The position numbers were made by a program, and so were the translations under genes. A stretch of 61,154 nucleotides of DNA, filler included, from Nemertoderma westbladi (lineage: Eukaryota; Animalia; Xenacoelomorpha), in assembly GCA_032718475.1 (NCBI GenBank). It is 3 parts of 3 records of this genome, joined end to end, with 100 filler letters (N's around TTAATTAATTAA, not from the genome) between each part and the next. Parts side by side here need not be neighbours in the genome. Positions count along the whole stretch, not along the records: positions 1 to 28,455 come from JAUCBJ010002414.1; 2 more parts are not named here. The stretch is one strand, 5' to 3'. The notes beneath the pieces are model-generated. The model was not told the DNA's origin, did not search any database, and worked only from the letters and a program-made list of their open reading frames with translations. Positions 1 through 14,717 of this stretch are shown here, one piece after another. Position 1 is the stretch's first letter. Every line of letters begins with the position of its first letter.

Positions 1-59
1 ACATCAAATCAGTCAGTGACCCTAATATGAATTAAATCTTCACTTGAATATGAATATTG

Positions 60-1171
60 TAGTGTTGCGCAACGCGATCGGGATCCGCAATTTTCGGGAT
101 TCGGAATCGGGATTGCAATTGTCGGGATCGGGAGCGAGATTTTAAAATAGCTATTTGACCTGCCCTCTTTATAGGAGTAAAAAAAACTTTTGAGAAATCT
201 CATGTAGGGCCTAAAAAATGCCTAGATATGCAAAAATATCCACTGACTTTTTTTCCCTTCGAATGGTTCACATGTAGTTTATTTCCCACGTACGTATTTC
301 ATTTCACATCGTTTTTAATATAATTTCTGAACATTTTTAATATATTTACAATCTACTGCAGTCTGACTGAATCGTTGCCATGCCACATAAAAATGTTTAT
401 CATATATATTCAATAAAAAGCAACAAGTGTTTCTAAAATTTATAATATTGATAATCATGTATAATATTGATATTGAATATATTTAATGAATGAATTTCGG
501 ATATAAATTCAGATTCAGAAATCAGTCATAAATCATGTAAATAAATATATCCTTCATCAATCATTAGGGATGTGAGTTTTCCGGAAATAGGAGTTTTCAT
601 GGAAATTTTACGGAAAAGTGTACTTCACCCGTAGTTACGAGTTACGACATCCCAGATACAACTGACGAAATTGCAGGAGGTAAAATTGTGAAAGATTTAA
701 GTTGAAATAATGTATTAATTACCGCAATTCGTTCAATATAAAACATATCATAGTTAATAATGAAATTGACAAAACACAAAGTCACCATCTTGTTTTTATT
801 TCAAATCGTATTATTACTATTTTATGCAATTAATATGAGGTTATTTATGTAAATATGTACTATTATAAGTAAACTTTATAAGAAATCAACAAAATATGAA
901 ATTTCCTTACATTTCCTCACTGACATCGCTCCCTATCAAACATCCAATGAAAATCCTCCAAAATTTTTGTTTTTGATAAAAATTTTTGTTTTTGGCGAAA
1001 ATTTTAAATTTTTATCAAATTTTACAAATCTTTAGCTGTACGGCATATAAATTCAGATATAGCAAATCCCGAAAAATCCCGATATTTTTCCATCGAGATA
1101 GGGACGGGACGGGATCGGGAATTTCCATCGGGATTCCGATTTTCGGGATCGGGATCACCGTTGCAACACTA
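60..1171. mobile_element. Non-autonomous hAT-type DNA transposon (MITE)
   Basis: Termini TAGTGTTGC (60) and GCAACACTA (ends 1171); identical 8-bp flanks GAATATTG at 52-59 and 1172-1179 (TSD length typical of hAT); subterminal CGGGAT repeats at both ends; no transposase ORF. Confidence 0.85.
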
Positions 1172-1231
1172 GAATATTGCAAGATAGGAGCAGTCCTAAA
1201 TGTCGTCACTTTGTTGTAGTATAGCCCCCAC

Positions 1232-4200
1232 GCATAGCACCTACATTACAGCCCATAGCACCTAGAACCCATAGCACCTACAACCCAGAGCACCTACACA
1301 ACCCATATCACTTACACAACCCATACTACCTACAACCCACTGCAGCTACAACCCATACCACCTACAACCTCTAGAACCTACAACACACAGCACCTACAAC
1401 CCATAGCACCTACACAACCCATATCACTTACACAACCCATAGCACCTACAACCCATCTGCAGCTTACACAACCCATACTACCTACAACCCATATCACTTA
1501 CACAACCCATAGCGCCTACAACCCATCTGCAGCTTACACAACCCATACCACCTACAACCCACTAGCACCTACAACCCATACCACCTACACAACCCATAGT
1601 GCCTACGACCCACTGCAGCTACAACCCACACCACCTACAACCCATAGCACCTACAACCCATATCACTTACACAACCCATAGTACCTACAACCCACTGCAG
1701 CTACAACCCATACCACCTACAACCCATAGAACCTACAACACACAGCACCTACAACCCATAGCACCTACACAACCCATATCACTTACACAACCCATAGTGA
1801 CCTACAACCCACTGCAGCTACAACCCATACCACCTACAACCCATAGTACCTACAACCCATATCACTTACACAACCCATAGTGACCTACAACCCACTGCAG
1901 CTACAACCCATACCACCTACAACCCATAGTACCTACAACCCATATCACTTACACAACCCATATCACTTACACAACCCATATCACTTACACAACCCATAGT
2001 ACCTTACCTACAACCCACTGCAGCTACAACCCATACCACCTACAACCCATAGCACCTACAACCCATATCACTTACACAACCCATAGTACCTACAACCCAT
2101 ATCACTTACACAACCCACTGCAGCTACAACCCATAGCACCTAGAACCCATATCACTTACACAACCCATAGTACCTACAACCCACTGCAGCTACAACCCAT
2201 ACCACCTACAACCCATAGCACCTACAACCCATATCACTTACACAACCCATAGTACCTACAACCCACTGCAGCTACAACCCATACCACCTACAACCCATAG
2301 CACCTACAACCCATATCACTTACACAACCCATAGCACCTACAACCCATAGTACCTACAACCCATATCACTTACACAACCCATAGTACCTACAACCCATAT
2401 CACTTACACAACCCATATCACTTACACAACCCATAGTACCTACAACCCACTGCAGCTACAAACCATACCACCTACAACCCATAGCACCTACAACCCATAT
2501 TACTTACACAACCCATAGCACCTACAACCCATATCACTTACACAACCCATAGTACCTACAACCCATATCACTTACACAACCCATAGTACCTACAACCCAC
2601 TGCAGCTACAACCCATAGCACGTAGAACCCATCACTTACACAACCCATAGCACCTACAACCCATATCACTTACACAACCCATAGTACCTACAACCCATAT
2701 CACTTACACAACCCATAGTACCTACAACCCACTGCAGCTACAACCCATAGCACGTAGAACCCATCACTTACACAACCCATAGTACCTACAACCCACTGCA
2801 GCTACAACCCATACCACCTACAACCCATAGCAGCTACAACCCATATCACTTACACAACCCATAGTACCTACAACCCATATCACTTACACAACCCAGAGTA
2901 CCTACAACACACTGCAGCTACAACCCATACCACCTACAACCCATAGCACCTACAACCCCTATCACTTACACAACCCATAGCACCTACAACCCATATCACT
3001 TACACAACCCATAGTACCTACAACCCACTGCAGCTACAACCCATAGCACGTAGAACCCATCACTTACACAACCCATAGTACCTACAACCCACTGCAGCTA
3101 CAACCCATACCACCTACAACCCATAGCAGCTACAACCCATATCACTTACACAACCCATAGTACCTACAACCCATATCACTTACACAACCCAGAGTACCTA
3201 CAACACACTGCAGCTACAACCCATACCACCTACAACCCATAGCACCTACAACCCCTATCACTTACACAACCCATAGCACCTACAACCCATATCACTTACA
3301 CAACCCATAGTACCTACAACCCACTGCAGCTACAAACCATACCACCTACAACCCATAGCACCTACAACCCATATCACTTACACAACCCATAGTACCTACA
3401 ACCCACTGCAGCTACAACCCATAGTACCTACAACCCACTGCAGCTACAACCCATAGCACGTAGAACCCATCACTTACACAACCCATAGTACCTACAACCC
3501 ACTGCAGCTACAACCCATACCACCTACAACCCATAGCAGCTACAACCCATATCACTTACACAACCCATAGTACCTACAACCCATATAACTTACACAACCC
3601 AGAGTACCTACAACACACTGCAGCTACAACCCATACCACCTACAACCCATAGCACCTACAACCCATATCACTTACACAACCCATAGTACCTTACCTACAA
3701 CCCACTGCAGCTACAACCCATACCACCTACAACCCATAACACCTACAACCCATATCACTTACACAACCCATATCACTTACACAACCCATAGTACCTACAA
3801 CCCACTGCAGCTACAACCCATAGTACCTACAACCCATATCACTTACACAACCCAGAGTACCTACAACACACTGCAGCTACAACCCATACCACCTACAACC
3901 CATAGCACCTACAACCCATATCACTTACACAACCCATAGTACCTTACCTACAACCCACTGCAGCTACAACCCATACCACCTACAACCCATAACACCTACA
4001 ACCCATATCACTTACACAACCCATATCACTTACACAACCCATAGTACCTACAACCCACTGCAGCTACAACCCATAGTACCTACAACCCATACCACCTACA
4101 ACCCATAGCACCTACAACCCCTATCACTTACACAACCCATAGTGCCTACAACCCACTGCAGCTACAACCCATACCACCTACAACCCATAGTACCTACAAC

Positions 4201-7200
4201 CCATATCACTTACACAACCCATAGTACCTACAACCCACTGCAGCTACAACCCATAGTACCTACAACCCATAGTACCTACAACCCCTATCACTTACACAAC
4301 CCATAGTGCCTACAACCCACTGCAGCTACAACCCATACCACCTACAACCCATAGTACCTACAACCCATATCACTTACACAACCCATAGTGCCTACAACCC
4401 ACTGCAGCTACAACCCATACCACCTACAACCCATAGCAGCTACAACCCATAGTACGTACAACCCATATCACTTACACAACCCATAGTACCTACAACCCAC
4501 TGCAGCTACAACCCATACCACCTACAACCCATAGCACCTACAACCCATATCACTTACACAACCCATAGTACCTACAACCCACTGCAGCTACAACCCATAC
4601 CACCTACAACCCATAGCAGCTACAACCCATAGTACCTACAACCCATATCACTTACACAACCCATAGTACCTACAACCCATATCACTTACACAACCCATAT
4701 CACTTACACAACCCATAGTACCTACAACCCACTGCAGCTACAAACCATACCACCTACAACCCATAGCACCTACAACCCATATTACTTACACAACCCATAG
4801 CACCTACAACCCATATCACTTACACAACCCATAGTACCTACAACCCACTGCAGCTACAACCCATAGCACGTAGAACCCATCACTTACACAACCCATATCA
4901 CTTACACAACCCATAGTACCTACAACCCACTGCAGCTACAACCCATACCACCTACAACCCATAGCAGCTACAACCCATAGTACGTACAACCCATATCACT
5001 TACACAACCCATAGTACCTACAACCCACTGCAGCTACAACCCATACCACCTACAACCCATAGCACCTACAACCCATATCACTTACACAACCCATAGTACC
5101 TACAACCCACTGCAGCTACAACCCATACCACCTACAACCCATAGCAGCTACAACCCATAGTACCTACAACCCATATCACTTACACAACCCATAGTACCTA
5201 CAACCCATATCACTTACACAACCCATATCACTTACACAACCCATAGTACCTACAACCCACTGCAGCTACAAACCATACCACCTACAACCCATAGCACCTA
5301 CAACCCATATTACTTACACAACCCATAGCACCTACAACCCATATCACTTACACAACCCATAGTACCTACAACCCACTGCAGCTACAACCCATAGCACGTA
5401 GAACCCATCACTTACACAACCCATATCACTTACACAACCCATAGTACCTACAACCCACTGCAGCTACAACCCATACCACCTACAACCCATAGCACCTACA
5501 CCTACACCTACAACCCATATCACTTACACAACCCATAGCACCTACAACCCATATCACTTACACAACCCATATCACTTACACAACCCATAGTACCTACAAC
5601 CCACTGCAGCTACAAACCATACCACCTACAACCCATAGCACCTACAACCCATATTACTTACACAACCCATAGTACCTACAACCCATATCACTTACACAAC
5701 CCATAGTACCTACAACCCACTGCAGCTACAACCCATACCACCTACAACCCATAGCAGCTACAACCCATAGTACCTACAACCCATATCACTTACACAACCC
5801 ATAGTACCTACAACCCATATCACTTACACAACCCATATCACTTACACAACCCATAGTACCTACAACCCACTGCAGCTACAAACCATACCACCTACAACCC
5901 ATAGCACCTACAACCCATATTACTTACACAACCCATAGCACCTACAACCCATATCACTTACACAACCCATAGTACCTACAACCCATAGCAGCTACAACCC
6001 ATATCACTTACACAACCCATAGTACCTACAACCCATATCACTTACACAACCCAGAGTACCTACAACACACTGCAGCTACAACCCATACCACCTACAACCC
6101 ATATCACTTACACAACCCATAGTACCTTACCTACAACCCACTGCAGCTACAACCCATACCACCTACAACCCATAACACCTACAACCCATATCACTTACAC
6201 AACCCATATCACTTACACAACCCATAGTACCTACAACCCACTGCAGCTACAACCCATAGTACCTACAACCCATATCACTTACACAACCCATAGTGCCTAC
6301 AACCCATATCACTTACACAACCCATAGTACCTACAACCCACTGCAGCTACAACCCATACCACCTACAACCCATAGTACCTACAACCCATATCACTTACAC
6401 AACCCATAGTGCCTACAACCCACTGCAGCTACAACCCATACCACCTACAACCCATAGCAGCTACAACCCATAGTACCTACAACCCATATCACTTACACAA
6501 CCCATAGTACCTACAACCCATATCACTTACACAACCCATAGTACCTACAACCCACTGCAGCTACAACCCATACCACCTACAACCCATAGCAGCTACAACC
6601 CATAGTACCTACAACCCATATCACTTACACAACCCATAGTACCTACAACCCATATCACTTACACAACCCATATCACTTACACAACCCATAGTACCTACAA
6701 CCCACTGCAGCTACAAACCATACCACCTACAACCCATAGCACCTACAACCCATATTACTTACACAACCCATAGCACCTACAACCCATATCACTTACACAA
6801 CCCATAGTACCTACAACCCACTGCAGCTACAACCCATAGCACGTAGAACCCATCACTTACACAACCCATAGTACCTACAACCCACTGCAGCTACAACCCA
6901 TACCACCTACAACCCATAGCAGCTACAACCCATATCACTTACACAACCCATAGTACCTACAACCCATATCACTTACACAACCCAGAGTACCTACAACACA
7001 CTGCAGCTACAACCCATACCACCTACAACCCATAGCACCTACAACCCCTATCACTTACACAACCCATAGCACCTACAACCCATATCACTTACACAACCCA
7101 TAGTACCTACAACCCACTGCAGCTACAAACCATACCACCTACAACCCATAGCACCTACAACCCATATTACTTACACAACCCATAGCACCTACAACCCATA

Positions 7201-9630
7201 TCACTTACACAAACCATAGTACCTACAACCCACTGCAGCTACAACCCATAGCACGTAGAACCCATCACTTACACAACCCATAGTACCTACAACCCACTGC
7301 AGCTACAACCCATACCACCTACAACCCATAGCAGCTACAACCCATATCACTTACACAACCCATAGTACCTACAACCCATATCACTTACACAACCCAGAGT
7401 ACCTACAACACACTGCAGCTACAACCCATACCACCTACAACCCATAGCACCTACAACCCATATCACTTACACAACCCATAGTACCTTACCTACAACCCAC
7501 TGCAGCTACAACCCATACCACCTACAACCCATAGCACCTACAACCCATATCACTTACACAACCCATAGTACCTACAACCCACTGCAGCTACAACCCATAG
7601 CACCTAGAACCCATAGCACCTACAACCCATATCACTTACACAACCCATAGTACCTACAACCCATATCACTTACACAACCCATAGTACCTACAACCCATAG
7701 CACCTAGAACCCATAGCACCTACAACCCATATCACTTACACAACCCATAGTACCTACAACCCATATCACTTACACAACCCACTGCAGCTACAACCCATAG
7801 CACCTAGAACCCATATCACTTACACAACCCATATCACTTACACAACCCATAGTACCTACAACCCACTGCAGCTACAACCCATACCACCTACAACCCATAG
7901 CAGCTACAACCCATAGTACCTACAACCCATATCACTTACACAACCCATAGTACCTACAACCCACTGCAGCTACAACCCATACCACCTACAACCCATAGCA
8001 CCTACAACCCATATCACTTACACAACCCATATCACTTACACAACCCTACAACCCACTGCAGCTACAACCCATGCACCTACAACCCATAGCACCTACAACC
8101 CATATCACTTACACAACCCATAGTACCTACAACCCACTGCAGCTACAACCCATACCACCTACAACCCATAGCAGCTACAACCCATATCACTTACACAACC
8201 CATAGTACCTACAACCCATATCACTTACACAACCTATAGTACCTACAACCCACTGCAGCTACAACCCATACCACCTACAACCCATAGCACCTACAACCCA
8301 TATCACTTACACAACCCATATCACTTACACAACCCATAGCACCTACAACCCATATCACTTACACAACCCATAGTACCTACAACCCACTGTAGCTACAACC
8401 CATACCACCTACAACCCAGAGCACCTACAACCCATATCACTTACAAAACCCATAGCACCTACAACCCATATCACTTACACAACCCATAGTACCTACAACC
8501 CATATCACTTACACAACCCATAGTACCTACAACCCACTGCAGCTACAACCCATACCACCTACAACCCAGAGCACCTACAACCCATAGCAGCTACAACCCA
8601 CAGTACCTACAACCCATATCACTTACACAACCCATAGTACCTACAACCCATATCACTTACACAACCCATAGTACCTACAACCCACTGCAGCTACAACCCA
8701 TACCACCTACAACCCATAGCAGCTACAACCCATAGTACCTACAACCCATACCACTTACAACCCATAGCACCTACAACCCATATCACTTACACAACCCATA
8801 GCACCTACAACCCATATCACTTACACAACCCATAGTACCTACAACCCATATCACTTACACAACCCATAGTACCTACAACCCACTGCAGCTACAACCCATA
8901 CCACCTACAACCCATAGCACCTACAACCCATATCACTTACACAACCCATAGTACCTACAATCCACTGCAGCTACAACCCATACCACCTACAACCCATAGC
9001 ACCTACAACCCATATCACTTACACAACCCATAGCACCTACAACCCATATCACTTACACAACCCATAGTACCTACAACCCACTGCAGCTACAACCCATACC
9101 ACCTACAACCCATATCACCTACAACACACAGCACCTACAACCCACAGCACCTTACAACCCATATCACCTACAACCGATAGAACCTACAACACATATCACC
9201 TACAACCAATAGCACCTTCAACCGATAGCATATACAATCCATTGCACCTACAACCCACAGCACCTTAAAACCCATAGCACTTCCACTTACACAACCCATA
9301 GCACCTATCCTAGAAACTACAACCCACACCACCTACAACCCACCATACCTACAACCCATAGCACCTACAAGCTACAACCCACAGCACCTAAAACAAACAG
9401 CACCTACAACCCACAGTACCTACAACCCACAGCACATTCAACCCATAGCACCTACAACCAACAGCACCTATAACCAACAGCACCTACAACCCACAGTAAC
9501 TACGTAACCCATAGCACCTACAACCCACAGCACCTACACTACAACCCATAGGACCTACAACCCATAACACCTACAACCCATAGCACCTACAACTCATAGC
9601 GCCTACAATCCATAGTACCTACACCTACAA
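1232..9630. repeat. ~8.4-kb composite satellite of 16/18-bp units, in calcineurin A intron 3
   Basis: Shuffled units ACAACCCATAGTACCT, ACAACCCACTGCAGCT, ACAACCCATACCACCT, ACAACCCATAGCACCT and ACAACCCATATCACTTAC; degenerate at both edges. Confidence 0.97.
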
Positions 9631-9734
9631 AAACAATTTCTGGCAGAGCAATGGAATAACGTTGTACTTTCCTACGAGTGACTGAAAAAGGCCTAAATAT
9701 GATAGCCCACGACTCCTTAGCGAATAAATATTCT

Positions 9735-9833
9735 ACCGACCTGGTAGCTCAGTGGTCATAGGACACACACTCGGCTGATGATAACCGGAAGTTTGAAACC
9801 TAGGTACCTGGTTCGAGCCCGAGTAGGGGCGGT
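9735..9833 (+). mobile_element. tRNA-like Pol III head (SINE-like) with an embedded hammerhead-like core
   Basis: A box TAGCTCAGTGG 9745-9755, B box GGTTCGAGCCC 9810-9820; CTGATGA 9775-9781 and GAAAC-CTAG-GTA 9795-9806 between them. Confidence 0.55.
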
Positions 9834-10029
9834 TGATATTTTTTCGCTATGGAGAGCATTATCATAATGTACTTTAACATATATTTAATTCGCCGTCACC
9901 CACCCCACAACAATTAATTTATAATTAAAAACCAAAAATTGGCACTTTTTCGATGTTTATTTTAGAAATAAAATTGATAATTGTTTAAAACATATGTTTT
10001 AGAGGTTCCACAATTTATTGTGTCTCAGA

Positions 10030-10992
10030 TTAACAAACCTGCTGCGAAAATTTCAGCAAATTCCATCAAGCGGTTCTCGAGATAAAGGAACATTTGTCTC
10101 CAAATTATACGAAAAAGTAAATGCGGAGAAAAACGCAATTAAAGTTTTCTTACCTTCCCGCCGCAAATTTTATGTAAATCGCGGGAAATTTCAAAAAAGC
10201 AAAAATATAATAAACTACGGTACACCAGCGAACTAACATCACGATTTTGGTGTTTTCGTAGTCGCTGATTTCATTTCTGATATCTGTTTTAATGTTTGAC
10301 GACATTTGGACTGTCTGTTTTTATGTCTGTCTGTCTGTCCAGTCAAAATAAAAGAAGACAGATCACCTTAACAAAATTTATCATCGGGGGGTTTTCCTAG
10401 ACACTGATTTCATTTCTGATGTCAATGTTAAGGTTTAACAGAATACATTTACAGACATACTCCACCGACAGACACAGACAGACTCCCATCAAATTGGAAA
10501 GATAACACCGGAAATGAAATAACCACGACCATAAAAACACACCTAGTGAAAGTTTTAGTTAAGTGTAAGTGTGTGCTTTTGTTATGTTTTTGACGAACAG
10601 ACTTACAGACAGATACGTCAAATTCAAAACTGACACCGGAAATGAAATCCTCGAGCACAAAAATACATAAATAAAAATAACCATACTTTTAGTTAGGTGG
10701 TGTACATCATTATGTCCATACATTTTTAACAGACAAGGTAACATAATTTTAAAAGAAAAATAGACAACTTAAGCTTGTGATATGATTTTAGGGTTTCGAT
10801 TTCTGAAATCTACGTTAAATTCTGATTTAGAATTGATTAAAAAGGTCTGGGGTACCATCTCCCCTTAAAGATTGCCTGAATTATTATTAGCATTCAAACA
10901 TTTCTAACATCTACAAACACCGACAGACAAAGGATGAAAAAGCGGTACCCATCCATATGCTAAGTTCACTTACTTCGTCGCTCGCCCCACAA
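10030..10992. mobile_element. Degenerate DINE-1/HINE-like (Helentron-associated) repeat region
   Basis: (CTGT)n/(GACA)n microsatellites, AAATTTCAGCAAATTCC...AGCGGTTCTCGAGAT core-like motif, end motif CACTTACTTCGTCGCTCGCCCCAC shared with 49270-49296; part resembles 51060-51560. Confidence 0.45.
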
Positions 10993-11272
10993 CATAATAC
11001 AATATTGAGTGAATTTGTGTTCAACAATGGGCGGGGGGGGGGGGGGGGGGGGGTTGCGGGCAATGCCATTTAGCGATGGTTGGTGACAGATGGGTTATTA
11101 ACTGATTATCTTTTATGGTGTGGCGTGTCCGGGTGAGTAATGGTGCTGGGTTGTTGTGGGGTGGGCTGGGTATCCATCCATTTCATGAGGATTTGTGAAG
11201 ACTGACGAAATGGGGATCACAGGCAGGGTTATACTAAAAGTCGAAACATATATAGTTACATTGCTATTATTA

Positions 11273-11482
<210 letters not shown>

Positions 11483-12516
11483 TTAGAAATTTGTGTGAAA
11501 TATTTAAATATAATTAAATAAACGCTTGAGTTAGTATAGGAACATATCTCAATCGCCACTACTTGTCCCCTGTCGGGCTGGCTTCGATTGAATAATTGCT
11601 TGGTATTTTTCGAATGAAATGTAAAAAATTCCACTTTAAAAGTTAAATAAGAGATAAAAAATCATATAACGGCATGTTGTATGCTATATGGTATGTTGAG
11701 ATATAACATTACTTTTATTAGATAACTAATATTGTGCAGACCGGATAATTTATTATTAACCTGTCAATTTTTACTTTCCATTTAAAAATGTTGAAAACCA
11801 ATGTAACGATTTGAATGTTGTTTACCTGTGACTCTTTAAAATAAAAAAACACGATTTTTGAGATCAATATGTTCAAGGGTAAGGCAGGCCTGGTGGGTTA
11901 GTTAATAGTTAGGCCTTATCCAAGAATTAATTAATTACGACTGTAATCTTTTGTGGATTTGGGGAAATTGGCTTTCCCTACCCAGGAGGTACTTAACTTA
12001 AAAATAAGGAACAATGTCCAAAATAACAGTATATAATATGGCATAATAGGAGTTTAACTAAATAAAATCAATCATTAATTATTTCATAACAAAGGAATTG
12101 GCTGCAAAGTTCACATGGCATTCCCCGCCTTGGACTACTAGGCTATACACACAACAGGTCTCACCGGAATGGTACCGGACCTGTATGTTTCTTGTAATAT
12201 TAATATATATATACCGGTATATAATATATATGAACAAGAAACAAGACGATACTATAATAAATAATAACGAGTGCAATTTACAAGGATTCCAATTAGGCCT
12301 ACGGATATTCCGTTTTTTCGTACGCAGCCAATGTTTATTAAAAGCCAATGTATAAAGTTATAACATAGTTTTAACCAAGCTACATATACCGGTACACAGA
12401 ATTTACATAAACAAGTACCAAGAATTAATAATAATCGATGCCACTAATGATAACACTTTAAATTTATGTCCAAACCAGCTGTTTGCATATTAATTGGTAA
12501 CCGAATGAGAACAAAC

Positions 12517-12717
12517 CTGTTACCGGCGCTTCAATATCGATCATAGTATTCTCTTGACGTAACAAGGCTGCTCCTTCATTAATTATCCTAAGGGCGGCGT
12601 CTTCGGATATTCTACCTTCCAGTACGAAGTGCTGCTTCAATACATCCGGTCTGGGTTTACCACGACTGTCGAACACTTCATTCATCCCAAGTTTATGACT
12701 AGGGGGTAATGGCACAC
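12517..12717 (-). CDS. CanA/PPP3C: Calcineurin A, coding exon 2
   Basis: ctgcag| 201-nt exon |gtttgt encoding (S)[66 protein letters not shown], the calcineurin N-terminal region. Confidence 0.96.
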
Positions 12718-12912
12718 CTGCAGTAAACAGAACGATTATTGGTGGTTGTTGGACAGGCGGTTATTAAACCCGAAAGTAAATTTATGTTAATGAATTTTGT
12801 ATATTAGAAAGGAATACTGGAATATAGTAGGTACGTTCCAGCATAAATGACAGCATAGTGACATAGATAGATATGTGGTACCGGTCCGGTATGATACCTA
12901 GCACAGACTGTA

Positions 12913-12973
12913 TATGTTGCGTCTCAGTATTTATTACATACAGTGTATGTAATAAATACTGAGACGCAACATA
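12913..12973. repeat. Perfect 61-bp palindrome (30-bp arms, 1-nt spacer)
   Basis: TATGTTGCGTCTCAGTATTTATTACATACA-G-TGTATGTAATAAATACTGAGACGCAACATA. Confidence 0.95.
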
Positions 12974-13339
12974 GGGCCTACCACGCCCAGCGCCAGATTT
13001 GAGAATAGACTATTGGCGAGTCATAAGTCTGAGAACGGTGGGACTTAGCATACAGATCAATACTGCCACTGGCTAAACAAGCATTCCGTTATCTGTTTTT
13101 CCGCTCACTGTTTGAATGTCAATATCCCAGCAAAGGCTCCGTTACATATGTTGAAATTTTGTGGGCTTCTAGACCAGCAGCAGCTTGGTCAGTGGTGACA
13201 TTCCTGGGCTTCCAATCAAGAGGCACTGTTTCGATCCCTAAATGGGGCAGAAATGTTTGAGCACAGTACTTTAAAACCTGTACCGCCATTTCAACCCTGG
13301 CTTTCATCCTTAACTGGTCGACAAATGGGAACCAAGGCA

Positions 13340-13470
13340 ACTTGGGAAACAGAGAGGAAGGGTTTACTGTGGAAGATCACCCATGGTGGTGAACAGGCAA
13401 TCCTTTAGGAAGCAGAGTGGAAGGGTTTACTGTGGAAGATCATCCATGGTGGTGAACAAGCATTCCTAGG
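13340..13470. repeat. ~62-bp tandem duplication
   Basis: GGAAGGGTTTACTGTGGAAGATCA(C/T)CCATGGTGGTGAACA occurs twice in tandem. Confidence 0.85.
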
Positions 13471-13649
13471 CTTAACGAGCCTAAAAGATTCTCCCATTCA
13501 TATGAAAGAATATCTGTATTAAGGATACAAAATAACTTCACACTGCTACAGGGTTGTTATTCTTTTAGTGGTCTCCTTGATATTATTGCCTTATTCAGTG
13601 AATAATTAAAAAATATCATAATATACCGGAAGACCGGAACTATACTTAC

Positions 13650-13698
13650 TTTTTATAGCCCGCTCTGTAGTCGATATTTTCCCATCCATTGTTGCCAT
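13650..13698 (-). CDS. CanA/PPP3C: Calcineurin A, coding exon 1
   Basis: GCCATGG Kozak context; MATMDGKISTTERAIK followed by A|GTAAGT donor; phase 1 joins exon 2 to give STTERAIKSVPLPPS. Confidence 0.9.
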
Positions 13699-14717
13699 GG
13701 CAATTGAAAATTAATTTAAGCAATCGAAGCAAACAATTCGAGAACGAATTCAGCCCAACCAGTGAGTATTTGGTAATGTAGATAATGTGGTTATCTCGGA
13801 TATGTTACTTCTAAACCATATCTGATCGAACATACCGATAACACAATAAATTATCCAAAAAAACCTCACGCATATTACAATACCGGTACATAGGCCTAAA
13901 CTAGCTGACTAGGCCTATATACAATATAAATATCATACATTATTACGGTTATTTCTTACAGTAATAGCAAAATTCCCTTTTCTTTTTTAGTACAAACGGA
14001 ATTTTTTGAAAATTTGCGAGGATTGAAATTAAATTGTAAATATATGCATTATGCTGTCAGAAAATGTATTACATTTTATACACTGAAAATAATTTAAGAT
14101 GTCTTAACATTTTAGAATAGACCTATATCAGAATATTATTGTATTATATTACATGTAATTTTCGTGATTTGAAGTAAATTTGGGAGCGCATCAGTATTGC
14201 GCGCTGCGCTGTTGCGTACCGCACACATCCCTCACCTGTGTGCACACCTAGCAGCCTAGGTAGGTGCGCTGCGCGGCTATTCTCTGCTACAGTGGTACCG
14301 TTACTATAAAGCATAATTACCCGATTACCCGTACAGACGTACTGGTACTAACACTGAAATAACTAACATACCGGTATCTATGAAGTTGGTTTGGTAGGCT
14401 CAATCGTGTTTTGTTTTGTTTCGTTTAATGCTAATTTTAATGTCTATGACGGTATTCAGTATTAGCAGTCGGATTTTTTGATCATAAATTTTTTAAATAT
14501 TGTGGTTTGAATGAGTAAAAAAATGTTTTTTTGTAAAGAGAATACAGGAATATCTATTTTAATTAAAATATTGTTGAATCCAACCAATGTATATTGTATA
14601 TTGTTGTTTGGCATAATTTTAATAATACCATATGTTTTATTGCATGTCAATATTGCAGTATTGACATCTAATGTCAATATTGAGGGTTATGTTCATTTAT
14701 CCCCCACCAAATCTATT

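Noticed and set aside
1232-9630. CRISPR-like array (constant core with variable intervening bases)
   Set aside because: Variable parts are a handful of recurring 8-10-nt words, not unique spacers; no cas genes; eukaryotic intron context.
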